Part shown: positions 19,527 to 29,185 of the stretch, piece after piece | How the letters are laid out: every line of letters starts with the position of its first letter | How positions within the stretch are numbered: the stretch's first letter is position 1 | Assembly: GCA_965116495.1 (NCBI GenBank) | Contig: OZ220696.1 | Location: forward strand, 1,504,001 to 1,568,000 | Source of the DNA: Gammaproteobacteria bacterium | GTDB taxonomy: Bacteria; Pseudomonadota; Gammaproteobacteria; Eutrophobiales; Eutrophobiaceae | Direction: 5' to 3' | Length of the DNA: 64,000 nucleotides | Notes under the pieces: generated by a model | The model's database searches: none | Told to the model about the DNA's origin: nothing | Seen by the model: only the letters and a program-made list of their open reading frames with translations | Translations under genes and position numbers: made by a program

Positions 19527-21812
19527 TTAGAAATGGTACTGTACCGAACCGACTACGCGGCGCGGCTGCTCCAGGGTGCCGATGATGATATAACCTGGAG
19601 CTCCGGGCAGTTTGCTACCCGCAAAGTTCGGGAATTCCTGCACGTCGATGTAGTAGTCCTCGTCGAACAGGTTCTCTATATGAACGCCGAACTCCCAGTT
19701 GTTCCACTCCACCCCGGCGCCCAGGTCCACGACGGTAAAATCAGGGTTCGTCCAGAACGGAAAATCATCCCCGGGAGAATCCCATAGTTGGGCATTGGTG
19801 GAAGCCTCCCCCTTGTAGCGCAGTTGCAGGCGCCCGAACAGGCGCATGTCATCGTTCACCTGCTGGTCGTAATCCAGGGCCGCGGTCGCGCTCCACTTTG
19901 CGGTGTTGGGCGGTCTCCTTCCCGAAAGGTCGGAGAGATAATCGCTTGGGGTCACGAATTCAGTACCATCGACCCATTCCGCGTCCACATAGCCAAACCC
20001 GGCGGACAGGGTCCAGTTCTCATGCATGGACAGGACCATATCGCCCTCCAGTCCCCATTGCTCTGAATCGCCGATATTGAAAATGCCCTCAAGTACGGTA
20101 CCGGTTTGAGGGTTCTTCGTCTGAAGTTCGAACTGCCGGCCCTCGTAATCGATATAGAAACCCGCCAGGGTCAATATCAGGCGGTCATCCAGCAACCTTC
20201 CCTTGTAGCCGATTTCAACCTGTGTTGCCTCTTCCGGTTCAATGTCGAACAGGGCGTTCTCGCCCTCCAGGTCGAACGCATTAAAACTCCCCGGCTCAAA
20301 ACCCTGGGAGAACGTCGCGTAGACCATTGACCGGTCATCATCAAAGAACATGGAGACGGACGCACGGCCCAATACCTCGGTGTTGGACTGATTTCCGGTG
20401 GTGCCACTGTCACGGTTGTGCGCGTCGAATTCCCAGTGGTCCACGCGCACACCGCCACCAATCTCGATGTTGTTCATGCGATAACTGAAGTTGGCAAAAC
20501 CCGCCACCTGTTCGCGTTTTTCGCTGAGGTTCTCGAAAGGAACTACTGCAATTATTGTCTCCTCGTCGCCGGGCGGTGGCAACTGGTAACCATGGAACTC
20601 GCTATAGTAAGGCGGAGTCAAGCTGTCTTCACAAGCGTTATCCAGGAAATAGCAGAAACTCAGGGGAACCGGAAGTTCCCCGAACTTGTGCCTCTTCCAG
20701 TCCAGGTAGTAGGCGCCGGCCTGCCATTGCAAGGGACTGTCATCCGTGGAGGTAAAGCGCAATTCCTGGGTCCATACCTCGACCGGCCATGACCGTGTCA
20801 GGTCGAGCACGAACTCCTGATCGATATCAAGATCGGTCTCGCGGTACGAGTCCGTGTCCGTATAGGAGGTAAGATATGTGGCGTCGAAGTTGCCGAAATC
20901 ATAGGTCAGTTCTATGCTGCCCGCGACGGTTTCCCGCTCGTGGCCCGCATTGTAGCTGGTGTCGATGATGTTGGTGTGGGTGAGATCACCGCTCATCTCC
21001 CGGTTCCAGATGTTGTTGGGCCCGTCGTACTCGTTGTAACGCAGGGTAGCGTAGAGCGAAAGCTGTTCGCTGATACTGCCGGCCAGGGCCGCGCGCACGC
21101 CGTATTTCTCCGTGTGCCCCACGTCGGGATCAACGTCCGGAACGCCGCCGTTCAGGCGCGGGGTGTTGGGGTTGACCAGGTACGAATCATCGGTCATGGC
21201 AAACCCATACAGCGCCAGTGCCCAATCATTGCCCAGCGGCACATTCAACTGGATCTCGCCATCATAGTAATTGTCTTCACCGGCCTGCGCTTTAACCCGG
21301 CCCGAAAAGGCTTCCGGGTCCGGCCGCCTGGTAACAAATTTGATCGCGCCGCCGATGTTGGCGCCGCCATACAGGATGCCCTGCGGCCCTTTCAACACCT
21401 CGATCCGTTCGAAATTGCCGAAGCGGGACGAAGCATCCCCGAACAACTGCACGTCATCCAGGTAAAACCCGGCCCCCTGGGTATTGCCGAATCCCCCCAG
21501 ACTGCGAATGGAGACATTGGGGTAACCGTCCAGGCGCCGGCTCATCCAGAGATTCGGCACGAGCAGCCCGATATCTTCCAGGCCGTTGATATTTGCGCTC
21601 TCCACCATGTCACCGGTGAAAGTGGTCAGCGATTCCGGTATCTCCAGCACGTTTTCCTGACGCTTACGGGCGGTAACGATGATCTCCTCCAACAGCGTAT
21701 CCCCTTGTGCCATGACTGCCTGACTGCTCAATAGCGCCCCCGCCGGTGTGAGCAACGTAATTGCGAGCATTGTCGTTGCCAACGCAGTGCTGCTGAAATG
21801 GTATCTGTTCAT
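19527..21812 (-). CDS. TonB-dependent receptor
   Basis: Signal peptide, LEEIIVTARKR, ERIEVLKGPQG.LYG, NLFDEDY, terminal F. Confidence 0.95.
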   Translation of the reverse strand: MNRYHFSSTALATTMLAITLLTPAGALLSSQAVMAQGDTLLEEIIVTARKRQENVLEIPESLTTFTGDMVESANINGLEDIGLLVPNLWMSRRLDGYPNVSIRSLGGFGNTQGAGFYLDDVQLFGDASSRFGNFERIEVLKGPQGILYGGANIGGAIKFVTRRPDPEAFSGRVKAQAGEDNYYDGEIQLNVPLGNDWALALYGFAMTDDSYLVNPNTPRLNGGVPDVDPDVGHTEKYGVRAALAGSISEQLSLYATLRYNEYDGPNNIWNREMSGDLTHTNIIDTSYNAGHERETVAGSIELTYDFGNFDATYLTSYTDTDSYRETDLDIDQEFVLDLTRSWPVEVWTQELRFTSTDDSPLQWQAGAYYLDWKRHKFGELPVPLSFCYFLDNACEDSLTPPYYSEFHGYQLPPPGDEETIIAVVPFENLSEKREQVAGFANFSYRMNNIEIGGGVRVDHWEFDAHNRDSGTTGNQSNTEVLGRASVSMFFDDDRSMVYATFSQGFEPGSFNAFDLEGENALFDIEPEEATQVEIGYKGRLLDDRLILTLAGFYIDYEGRQFELQTKNPQTGTVLEGIFNIGDSEQWGLEGDMVLSMHENWTLSAGFGYVDAEWVDGTEFVTPSDYLSDLSGRRPPNTAKWSATAALDYDQQVNDDMRLFGRLQLRYKGEASTNAQLWDSPGDDFPFWTNPDFTVVDLGAGVEWNNWEFGVHIENLFDEDYYIDVQEFPNFAGSKLPGAPGYIIIGTLEQPRRVVGSVQYHF

Positions 21813-22092
21813 GTACTTACCCCCGTTGCTGATATATTAGGGAAGCTCTGATTTAATCAGAGGTTCCTTTGTTGTATTTTAGCCAGGCGAGTGTACTAGA
21901 TAATACAGTAACCGGCTTGTTTACCGGTGAAACTGTAGCTGTCTGAACGTGCAATCAACCCGGAACAGGGGCTTTTGCCGGTCAACCCGGTAGCCCCCGC
22001 AGCTTGACGTTGGCCATTCCCGTCTATCAGTTGCCAACTCTGGATTAATCTTGACCCGTCAATCGATCGATCAGAATTAAATGGAAAGAGTA

Positions 22093-23139
22093 CTAGAAAC
22101 TGTACCTCATCGACAACACGGCCCTGGTGTCTTTGGTATCAATGAAATTCAGGTGTCCGACGTCTGCCCGGGCGTCTTCGTGGTTGAGGCCGAGGTTGGC
22201 AGACAGGCCGCGTGCCACGTCATACCGGAGTCCCAGCGCGGCGGAGATTTTATCCTCGCCTTCCAGTTGGCCGTAATGGCCTTCCACGGATAAAGTGAGC
22301 ATGCGGATCTTGAGATGGGCGCCGGATGAAACATACCATTGCATCGTGTCCGGGACCAGCGGCAGCGTTGCGGAAAAATGTTCATAGCCGGCGCCGATAT
22401 CGAACAACATGCTGCCGTAGACCAACTCGCCGACGAGGCCCGCTCCCTTGGTCTCGTATCGGTAGGTGGTATGCTCGGGGGTATAGGTTCCCTGGGTATA
22501 GCGCGCGGTGAAACGGTAGTCCCGGGTACCGAGGGGACGCTGGAACATGGCGCCCAGGTCGAAATTGCTTTCTTCATCTACTACGGCGCTCATTACCACC
22601 GGCCCGAAACGGCCCACGTAAGCGCCGCCCCAGTTTTCCAGCCCACCGAACGCGTCATCGAAAGCCAGGAAGGCATTGCCGGCGCCACGCAAGCGCCGTG
22701 TCTGTTCGCGCACTATACCGGAGAGATTACCGCCCAGCACCGTGCCCCAGGCGCCGCCCACGGACAGCGCGACGTTGTCCTGATAGTTTTCTCCCATATC
22801 AACGGCCATTTCCGGGTCGGTGGTGTACTGGCCGAAATACGCCAGGTTGACGCGCCAGCGGTTCGGCAATTGGGTGGTAGCGCTGACCTGGAAATTGCCA
22901 ATGAAACCTTCGTCGTCATTCCCGTCTCCATCCAGACCGAAACTCACCGGGGTGTCTACCAGGCCGTTCAGCCTTAATGTAACGTCTGCCAGTTCAAGCG
23001 CCAGCGGCTCCTCCAGCGACGACAAGCGGTCATAATTCAGGGACGCGCCCTGTGCCGCCGCCGTATTGAAGACGGCGTTTGCGCCGACGCAGGCCACGAG
23101 GAAAACAAGTACGGCGTGCAATTTGCTGTAAACGTTCAT
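22093..23139 (-). CDS. Putative porin / outer-membrane beta-barrel protein
   Basis: Signal peptide, alternating amphipathic strands, terminal MRYSF; starts 4 bp after the haloperoxidase stop. Confidence 0.7.
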   Translation of the reverse strand: MNVYSKLHAVLVFLVACVGANAVFNTAAAQGASLNYDRLSSLEEPLALELADVTLRLNGLVDTPVSFGLDGDGNDDEGFIGNFQVSATTQLPNRWRVNLAYFGQYTTDPEMAVDMGENYQDNVALSVGGAWGTVLGGNLSGIVREQTRRLRGAGNAFLAFDDAFGGLENWGGAYVGRFGPVVMSAVVDEESNFDLGAMFQRPLGTRDYRFTARYTQGTYTPEHTTYRYETKGAGLVGELVYGSMLFDIGAGYEHFSATLPLVPDTMQWYVSSGAHLKIRMLTLSVEGHYGQLEGEDKISAALGLRYDVARGLSANLGLNHEDARADVGHLNFIDTKDTRAVLSMRYSF

Positions 23140-23143
23140 GACG

Positions 23144-24520
23144 TCAGACCTTTTTTGGGAAGGTGGAATGGAAGGCCTGACGGGCGATGGCGCGGCCGGC
23201 CTTCATTGCTTGGGTATGATCCAGCTCCCAGTGCACTCCGCCGTAGAGACGGCTCATGCCATTCTCTTCCGCCGCCTGGCTCAGACTGCTCCAATGCCGG
23301 GTAACGCCCCTTAACTGCGGCCACAGTACTTCATCAGGTGAACGTGCTGAAAACGCAACGTCGTCACGATCGCAAAACAGCCCTATCATCTCTGCGCCAG
23401 CGCTGCCAAAAGTGGAGTGTCCCGCAGTGTAGGAAGGAAATTCCGGAGTCGGGATAAAACTGAGCCAATCAGGCTGCAGCTTGACGCGCGGGTCCGGGTT
23501 TTGAAACTCCGGCGCTCGAACCCGAATGGCGGTTTCCGGTCGAATGATATCATGGTGGTACTTGCTGTCCCAGGCGCTGATGGAGGCATCGCACTGGGTC
23601 ATGCCAATTAAGGCAAAGGCACGCGCCAGGTCTATGAAACTGAGATCGAGGTACTGCAACAGTTGTATCGCGATATAGATAAAGTGTCCCGCTGGGGTGA
23701 TGCCCCATGGACCGTCCTCCCAGAACAGCGCTATCTCCTCCTCGGCGGCAGTCCGGATCTTGCTATCCATGCCGCCCAGCCTCCTTATATTATTGAATTC
23801 ATTAGCAAATTCCGGGCTTTCCGGGTCATGGAAGTCAACTGCGCGAAATTGTGACCCGCTTTTCATGGTCCAGGGTTTGATGTGACCGTGGCCGGGATAC
23901 AGGCAACGCGTGAAGGAAGAAAAAGCCGGCCCCGGCCTGGCGCCGTAGAACGGGCCGGTGGGACTCCAGCGCAACGAGTCGCCACGCCGGGGATAACGCC
24001 CGAGATAATAGGTGGCTTCCTCAGGCTCACTCCCGTCGTTGGTACGCATTTTGACCACATGCAAACCGACCGCGCGTCCCCATTCCGCCCCCAGGGATTT
24101 GGCTTCACCAGCGGGGAATCGACTCTGGAACGCGAGACGTTCAATCAGAAACGGTTGTTGAAACGCTTCCGCGGCGGCTATCGCGAACGCAGCGCCATAG
24201 GCTACCTCCGGGTCTGCGCCACTCGGACCATGACCGATACCAAATGGTTCCTCATAAGCCTGGACGATCCCGTTGGCAGCCAGAAACCCGGCGGCCATGG
24301 GCATGGCATAGTTATACGCCGCCCGGGGCGGTGTGACGCGCTGGTCGCGTACCTGCTGCAACACAATATCCACCCAGTGAAACACCGTGTTCCGGTTCTG
24401 CGGTTCAAGAATCTGACTCAGGTACGATGCTCTGCTGCCGTAAGCACTGGCGCATCCTTTGGCCAGCAAGGCAGACGCAGCGCCCGCTCCGGCCAGGAAT
24501 TGTCTTCGTGAAAATTTCAT
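23144..24520 (-). CDS. Vanadium-dependent haloperoxidase, Tat-exported
   Basis: SRRQFL Tat motif; PAP2/VHPO motifs W.SKY....RP, P.FPSYTAGH, SRLYGGVHW. Confidence 0.88.
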   Translation of the reverse strand: MKFSRRQFLAGAGAASALLAKGCASAYGSRASYLSQILEPQNRNTVFHWVDIVLQQVRDQRVTPPRAAYNYAMPMAAGFLAANGIVQAYEEPFGIGHGPSGADPEVAYGAAFAIAAAEAFQQPFLIERLAFQSRFPAGEAKSLGAEWGRAVGLHVVKMRTNDGSEPEEATYYLGRYPRRGDSLRWSPTGPFYGARPGPAFSSFTRCLYPGHGHIKPWTMKSGSQFRAVDFHDPESPEFANEFNNIRRLGGMDSKIRTAAEEEIALFWEDGPWGITPAGHFIYIAIQLLQYLDLSFIDLARAFALIGMTQCDASISAWDSKYHHDIIRPETAIRVRAPEFQNPDPRVKLQPDWLSFIPTPEFPSYTAGHSTFGSAGAEMIGLFCDRDDVAFSARSPDEVLWPQLRGVTRHWSSLSQAAEENGMSRLYGGVHWELDHTQAMKAGRAIARQAFHSTFPKKV

Positions 24521-24728
24521 TGTTAAGGCCCTCCCAAATCAACAAAATCACTCACATCCATACAACAATTTATTTTCTGAGAAAGTAATTATAATTATAT
24601 CAATATGATATGTCAACATTATTATAAAATAAATTAAAAACCCTTGCTAACTGCGCATAATGAGGTGTGCGCCTGCTTGCCCCGGTTGACATAGCCCTGC
24701 CCCGGCAACTCCTATATAATTCCCCGTT

Positions 24729-25079
24729 ATGCCTGAGTACCTAATCGCGCCGTCAATACTCTCCGCCGACATGGCCCGCCTGGGTGAGGAGGTGGAGACC
24801 GTCGTTGCCGCGGGCGCCGACTACATCCACGTGGATGTGATGGATAACCACTACGTGCCGAACCTGACGTTTGGCCTGGTGGCGGCGCACGCGCTGCGGG
24901 AACACGGTATTACCGCACCCCTGGACGTGCACCTGATGATTGAACCGGTGGACCGGATCATCCCGGACTTTGCCGCGGCCGGTGCGGATACGTTTGTGGC
25001 GGGTTCAGCGATATTCGGCAGCGCTGATTACGCCACCACTATCGCAGCGATGAGAGCAGCATTGACCACGGCAGGGTAA
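24729..25079 (+). pseudogene. rpe: Ribulose-phosphate 3-epimerase with large in-frame internal deletion
   Basis: [31 protein letters not shown] joined via AAAGAD to FVAGSAIF; 116 aa, about half the normal length. Confidence 0.85.
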
Positions 25080-25085
25080 CAGGCC

Positions 25086-25607
25086 ATGCTGTTGATGATT
25101 GACAATTACGATTCCTTTACCTACAACCTGGTTCAATACTTCGGCGAACTGGGCCAGGAGGTTGATGTCTACCGCAATGACCAGGTTTCCCCGGAGCGGA
25201 TCCACGAACTGGGGCCGGAACACATCGTGATCTCCCCGGGACTCTGCACACCGAGCGAAGCCGGCATATCGGTTGACGTGATCAACGAGTTCATGGATAA
25301 GGTCCCGATCCTGGGGGTGTGCCTGGGGCACCAGAGCATCGGCCAGGCATTGGGCGGACGCATCGTCCATGCCAACCGCATCATGCACGGCAAGACCTCT
25401 GACATACATCATCGAAATACGGATGTTTTTACCGGCCTGGACTGCCTGCAGGTGACGGCCTGGACCTGCTCTGAAGCTGGGGATGTCGATGAAATCATGG
25501 GAGTAAGGCACAAGAATTATCCCGTTTACGGCGTGCAGTTCCATCCCGAGTCGATCCTGACCACTTTCGGCCATGACCTGCTCAGGAATTTCCTGCAAAT
25601 CAACTAG
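25086..25607 (+). pseudogene. trpG: Anthranilate/aminodeoxychorismate synthase component II with internal deletion
   Basis: [18 protein letters not shown] and QFHPES present. The RYHSL segment is missing (FTGL joined to DCLQVTAW) and SPGP reads SPGL. Confidence 0.75.
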
Positions 25608-25618
25608 TGCGGAGGGCA

Positions 25619-26596
25619 ATGGCAAAGACTAATTCACAATCGTGCGTCAATACCTGGTCCACGGACAGCCTGGCGAAGAGCGACCGCTTCGATGCCTGGG
25701 CAACCGTTCTCAATGAGGCGTATGGCCGCTGGGAAATGGATCGGGCGCAGGCGCCCGACTTCTTCAGCCGCGTCAAGCATTACGACGACACCCTGCTGAA
25801 GGTCATTGAATGCACCTGCGACCCGTGCGGCGCGACCCGCACCCGCGCCAGCATCCGCGCCGACGGGCTGGAGAACCTGACCGTACAGGCGGTACTGGCT
25901 GGCCGGGAATATATCAACTTCAACGGCGAGGACATCCTACTGAAAGCAGGCGATCTCCTGATCTGGGACAGCACCCGGCCCATGACGTTCCAGGTGCAGA
26001 ACCGCTTGCACAAGATCTCCGTGATGCTGCCCTTGCCGCGCTTTCAATCCTGGCTGCCCCGCTCCTGGTTCTCCATTCGCCACTCGCTGGATGGGCAATC
26101 AAACAGCGGCCTGTTATTGACCAACCATATCAAATCACTGCGGGATTCGGTCTTCGACGGCGGCTGCAAGGACAACCATGCCTTGGTTGATGCGACCATC
26201 GGCGTGCTGGTCAACGCACTGGAGATGGGCAGCGCGGATGATCCGACCCCGCTGCGCGTCACCCAGTTACGCTATATCAAGGAATACATCCGGGCCAACA
26301 TTCGCGACCCTGAGCTGTCCCCGGCCTTGATCGCCAAGGCCGGCGGCATGTCCTCCCGTTACCTGCACTGGCTGTTCAATGCCAACGAGGATGAGGATAC
26401 GGTCAAACAGTATATTTTCCACCAGCGCCTGGACCTGTGCGCCCGTGACCTGTCGAATCCGCACATGAAACACAGGAAAATCTCCGATATTGCCTTCTAC
26501 TGGGGTTTCCAGGACACCGCCCATTTCAACAAACGCTTCAAGCAGCAGCACCAGTTGTCGCCGGGCGCGTTTCGGGAGAAGATGCAGAAGGATTAA
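25619..26596 (+). CDS. AraC-family regulator (AraC_binding_2, FeaR-like)
   Basis: WST...RF.AW N-terminus; DPELSP..IA...GMS.RYLH; ISDIAF.WGF.D.AHF; GGAGG RBS before ATG 25619. Confidence 0.9.
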   Translation: MAKTNSQSCVNTWSTDSLAKSDRFDAWATVLNEAYGRWEMDRAQAPDFFSRVKHYDDTLLKVIECTCDPCGATRTRASIRADGLENLTVQAVLAGREYINFNGEDILLKAGDLLIWDSTRPMTFQVQNRLHKISVMLPLPRFQSWLPRSWFSIRHSLDGQSNSGLLLTNHIKSLRDSVFDGGCKDNHALVDATIGVLVNALEMGSADDPTPLRVTQLRYIKEYIRANIRDPELSPALIAKAGGMSSRYLHWLFNANEDEDTVKQYIFHQRLDLCARDLSNPHMKHRKISDIAFYWGFQDTAHFNKRFKQQHQLSPGAFREKMQKD

Positions 26597-26747
26597 GAAT
26601 TAGGAATTAAGAATTACGAATTAGGAATTAAGAATTAGGAATTGGAGTTGTTGCATTACCGTGTTTCCTACTCCGGCCTGCGGAAGTTCTTTGATTAACA
26701 GGTAAACAGCCGCCACCGGCGGCACATTCATTCTTAATTCCTAATTC
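26591..26747. repeat. Heptamer array (AATTAGG/AATTAAG/AATTACG) with short inverted partner array
   Basis: About 7 units at 26591-26646; reverse-complement units TTCTTAATTCCTAATTC at 26731-26747. Confidence 0.8.
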
Positions 26748-26791
26748 ACAGTGATAAACTATTATGGCCTTTCCGGCCCCAGGGGAACAAC

Positions 26792-28747
26792 ATGACAAAA
26801 CCGCACAACACCCGTGAAGACAAACTGCTCGGCTTCGACGCCGATATCACCCGCCGGGATTTTATCGGCAGCACCATAATCGGCACCGGCGCCGGTTTGT
26901 TATACGCCAATGCGCCCGGTCTGATGCGCAGCGCAAACGCCCAGACGCTGCCTGTTCCCCTGACCGGCGTAGGTCCCGACTGGACCGGGCCCGGCGGCAT
27001 CGGCGACTACAGGGACGCAAACGGCAATACCCATCAGGTAATGAACGACGGCCACGGCATCCGCAATGGCGCCTACGAAAAAGCCTTCAAGGACGCTGTT
27101 GATTCCGGCGAAGTCTATGATCTGGTCGTAGTCGGCGGCGGTTTTGCCGGCCTCGCGGCCGCATACCGTTACCACGAGGACAGACCGGACGCGCCGGTAT
27201 TGATCCTGGACAACCATGCCATGTTTGGCGGGGAGGCCAAACAGAACGAGTTCGAAGTGGACGGCGTCCATTTATGGGCGCCGCAAGGCTCGAATGGCAG
27301 CGTATTCCCGCCCAACCGCACCAAGCCCATCGGCTGGCATCATGATTACTGGGACAAGCTGGGATTGCCCATGGAGTTTAAATACCAGGCCGCAAAAGGC
27401 CTGGACAAGGACCTGAAAATCCCCAGGGACGTGTACAGCCCCATGCACATCGCCTGGGAACACGCTGACCTGGCCCATTATCATGAAAACCATGGCATGG
27501 TGATGAACCCCTGGAACAGCGGATTCAAGGATGCACCGATAGCGGACAGCCTGAAGCGCGAGCTGTTGCAGATGGAGCTTTACAAGGATGTGCCGTACCG
27601 GAAGGAAGACTGGCACCACTGGCTGGACACCATGACCTATGAGGAGTTCCTGACCCGTTACGTAGGCGTCTCAAAAGAGGTGACGCCTTATCTCAACCCG
27701 CAGACTGCGGCCATGGGCTGCGGCCTGGGCGCAGACGTCATTTCCGCGTATTCCGCCTACGAGTTCGTCCAGCCCGGGGTGATTACCTACAAGCGCCATG
27801 CCGGCCTGGAAGACCCATCCGAGTATGTTTACCTGGCCAGTTTCCCGGGCGGCAACACGGGAATCGCCCGCCATTTCGTCAAGGCCATGATCCCGGCTGC
27901 CATCGAGGGGGATAACTCCCTGTCCGCGGTGCTGTTCAATAATATCAACTGGAACGAACTGGACCGGGCCGGCCAGCCTACGCGCATGCGCCTGTCCGCC
28001 ACCGTTGCCGGCGTTATGCACGACGGCTCGCCGAATTCCGCCAAAAGCGTATCGGTAATCTATTACCGGGACGGCAAACTGCACAAGGTCAAGGCGAAAA
28101 ACGTCGTTATGGCAAGCGGCCAGTGGGTGAACCGGTTGGTCTGCAAGGACCTGCCGCCAAAATACCAGGACGCCATGGCCACGTTCCACCATGCGCCCAT
28201 GCACACCGTCAACGTGGCGTTGCGCAACTGGAAGTTCCTGGAGAAACTGGGCGCGACTGCGGTACGCTGGTTCGAAGGTTACGGCTGGTTCTTCAGCATG
28301 CGCCGGCAGATGATCATCGACGGCAAGGAGCCCATGCCCCTGGACCCCTCCAAGCCGACAGTGCTCACCATGTACAACTCGTTCTGCAACCCGGGCATCC
28401 CCATGCCGCAGCAGGCAACCACAGCCCGCATGCAGTTGTTCGGCCTGTCTTATGCAGACGTAGAACGCGGGGTGCGAGAGCAATTCACCAAAATGTTTTC
28501 GGAGTACGGCTTCGACGCCAAACGCGATATCGCCGGCATCGTATCAAACCGCTGGGGACATGCTTACGTCGTATCGCCGCCCGGGTTTTATTACGGCAAA
28601 CACGGCGAACCGTCAGCCAGTGACGTTATCCGCGAGCCACACGGCCGTATTGCCTTCGGCCATTCCGAACTGACCGGCGCCCAGCTCTGGGGGACGGCCG
28701 CGGAAGAAGGAGCGCGGGCGGCCAGCCAGGCTCTGGATATGACGTAG
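26792..28747 (+). CDS. Tat-exported FAD-dependent oxidoreductase, spermidine dehydrogenase (SpdH)-like
   Basis: ITRRDFIG, VVVGGGFAGL, ILDNH..FGGEAK.NEF, FPGGN.GIAR, NRWGHAY. Confidence 0.8.
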   Translation: MTKPHNTREDKLLGFDADITRRDFIGSTIIGTGAGLLYANAPGLMRSANAQTLPVPLTGVGPDWTGPGGIGDYRDANGNTHQVMNDGHGIRNGAYEKAFKDAVDSGEVYDLVVVGGGFAGLAAAYRYHEDRPDAPVLILDNHAMFGGEAKQNEFEVDGVHLWAPQGSNGSVFPPNRTKPIGWHHDYWDKLGLPMEFKYQAAKGLDKDLKIPRDVYSPMHIAWEHADLAHYHENHGMVMNPWNSGFKDAPIADSLKRELLQMELYKDVPYRKEDWHHWLDTMTYEEFLTRYVGVSKEVTPYLNPQTAAMGCGLGADVISAYSAYEFVQPGVITYKRHAGLEDPSEYVYLASFPGGNTGIARHFVKAMIPAAIEGDNSLSAVLFNNINWNELDRAGQPTRMRLSATVAGVMHDGSPNSAKSVSVIYYRDGKLHKVKAKNVVMASGQWVNRLVCKDLPPKYQDAMATFHHAPMHTVNVALRNWKFLEKLGATAVRWFEGYGWFFSMRRQMIIDGKEPMPLDPSKPTVLTMYNSFCNPGIPMPQQATTARMQLFGLSYADVERGVREQFTKMFSEYGFDAKRDIAGIVSNRWGHAYVVSPPGFYYGKHGEPSASDVIREPHGRIAFGHSELTGAQLWGTAAEEGARAASQALDMT

Positions 28748-28749
28748 TT

Positions 28750-28791
28750 AATTACGAATTAGGAATTAGGAATTAGGAATTAGGAATTAGG
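28750..28791. repeat. Heptamer array, left arm
   Basis: AATTACG followed by five AATTAGG. Confidence 0.9.
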
Positions 28792-29157
28792 GATGAATTT
28801 TGCTTCTTTCTGTCTCATTGTTTTGGTGATTGAGCCAGATAGTTTTAGAAGTTCCTCACAGTCTGCGACAACGGGGTTGATCTGTGCAGGTGTGAGTATG
28901 CCTGAATCCCGGAGTAAACGGAGCCAGTAGTGTGTTTCCCGGGCTTCCTTATAGGCAATGCTCATCTTGGAAATAAAATCCTTTGTTGACTGACCGCCGA
29001 TGGCCTCTTCCACGTTTGCGCCAATAGAGGTACCACTGCGAACCACCTGCTTTGACAAAACAAATTCCTTTTTCTCCTCTCGCAAATGACGGTAAACTTT
29101 CATAATACTCAGCGAAAAAGCATACGATTTTTCGCGTACAGGATTGTCCATTTTCAT
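28780..29157 (-). CDS. Four-helix-bundle protein (23S rRNA IVS protein / Avd-like fold family)
   Basis: KSY.F, LSKQVVRSGTSIGANVEEA, DFISKMSIAYKEARETHYWLRLL; probable start ATG 29157. Confidence 0.92.
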   Translation of the reverse strand: MKMDNPVREKSYAFSLSIMKVYRHLREEKKEFVLSKQVVRSGTSIGANVEEAIGGQSTKDFISKMSIAYKEARETHYWLRLLRDSGILTPAQINPVVADCEELLKLSGSITKTMRQKEAKFIPNS

Positions 29158-29185
29158 CCTTGACTCACTCCAATTCGTAGTCCCC

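Noticed and set aside
21813-22092. Riboswitch (e.g. cobalamin) upstream of the TonB receptor
   Set aside because: Some hairpins, but I could not identify conserved aptamer motifs; an Rfam scan would settle it.
28780-29157. Diversity-generating retroelement or rRNA intervening sequence
   Set aside because: No reverse transcriptase, TR/VR pair or rRNA sequence in the window.
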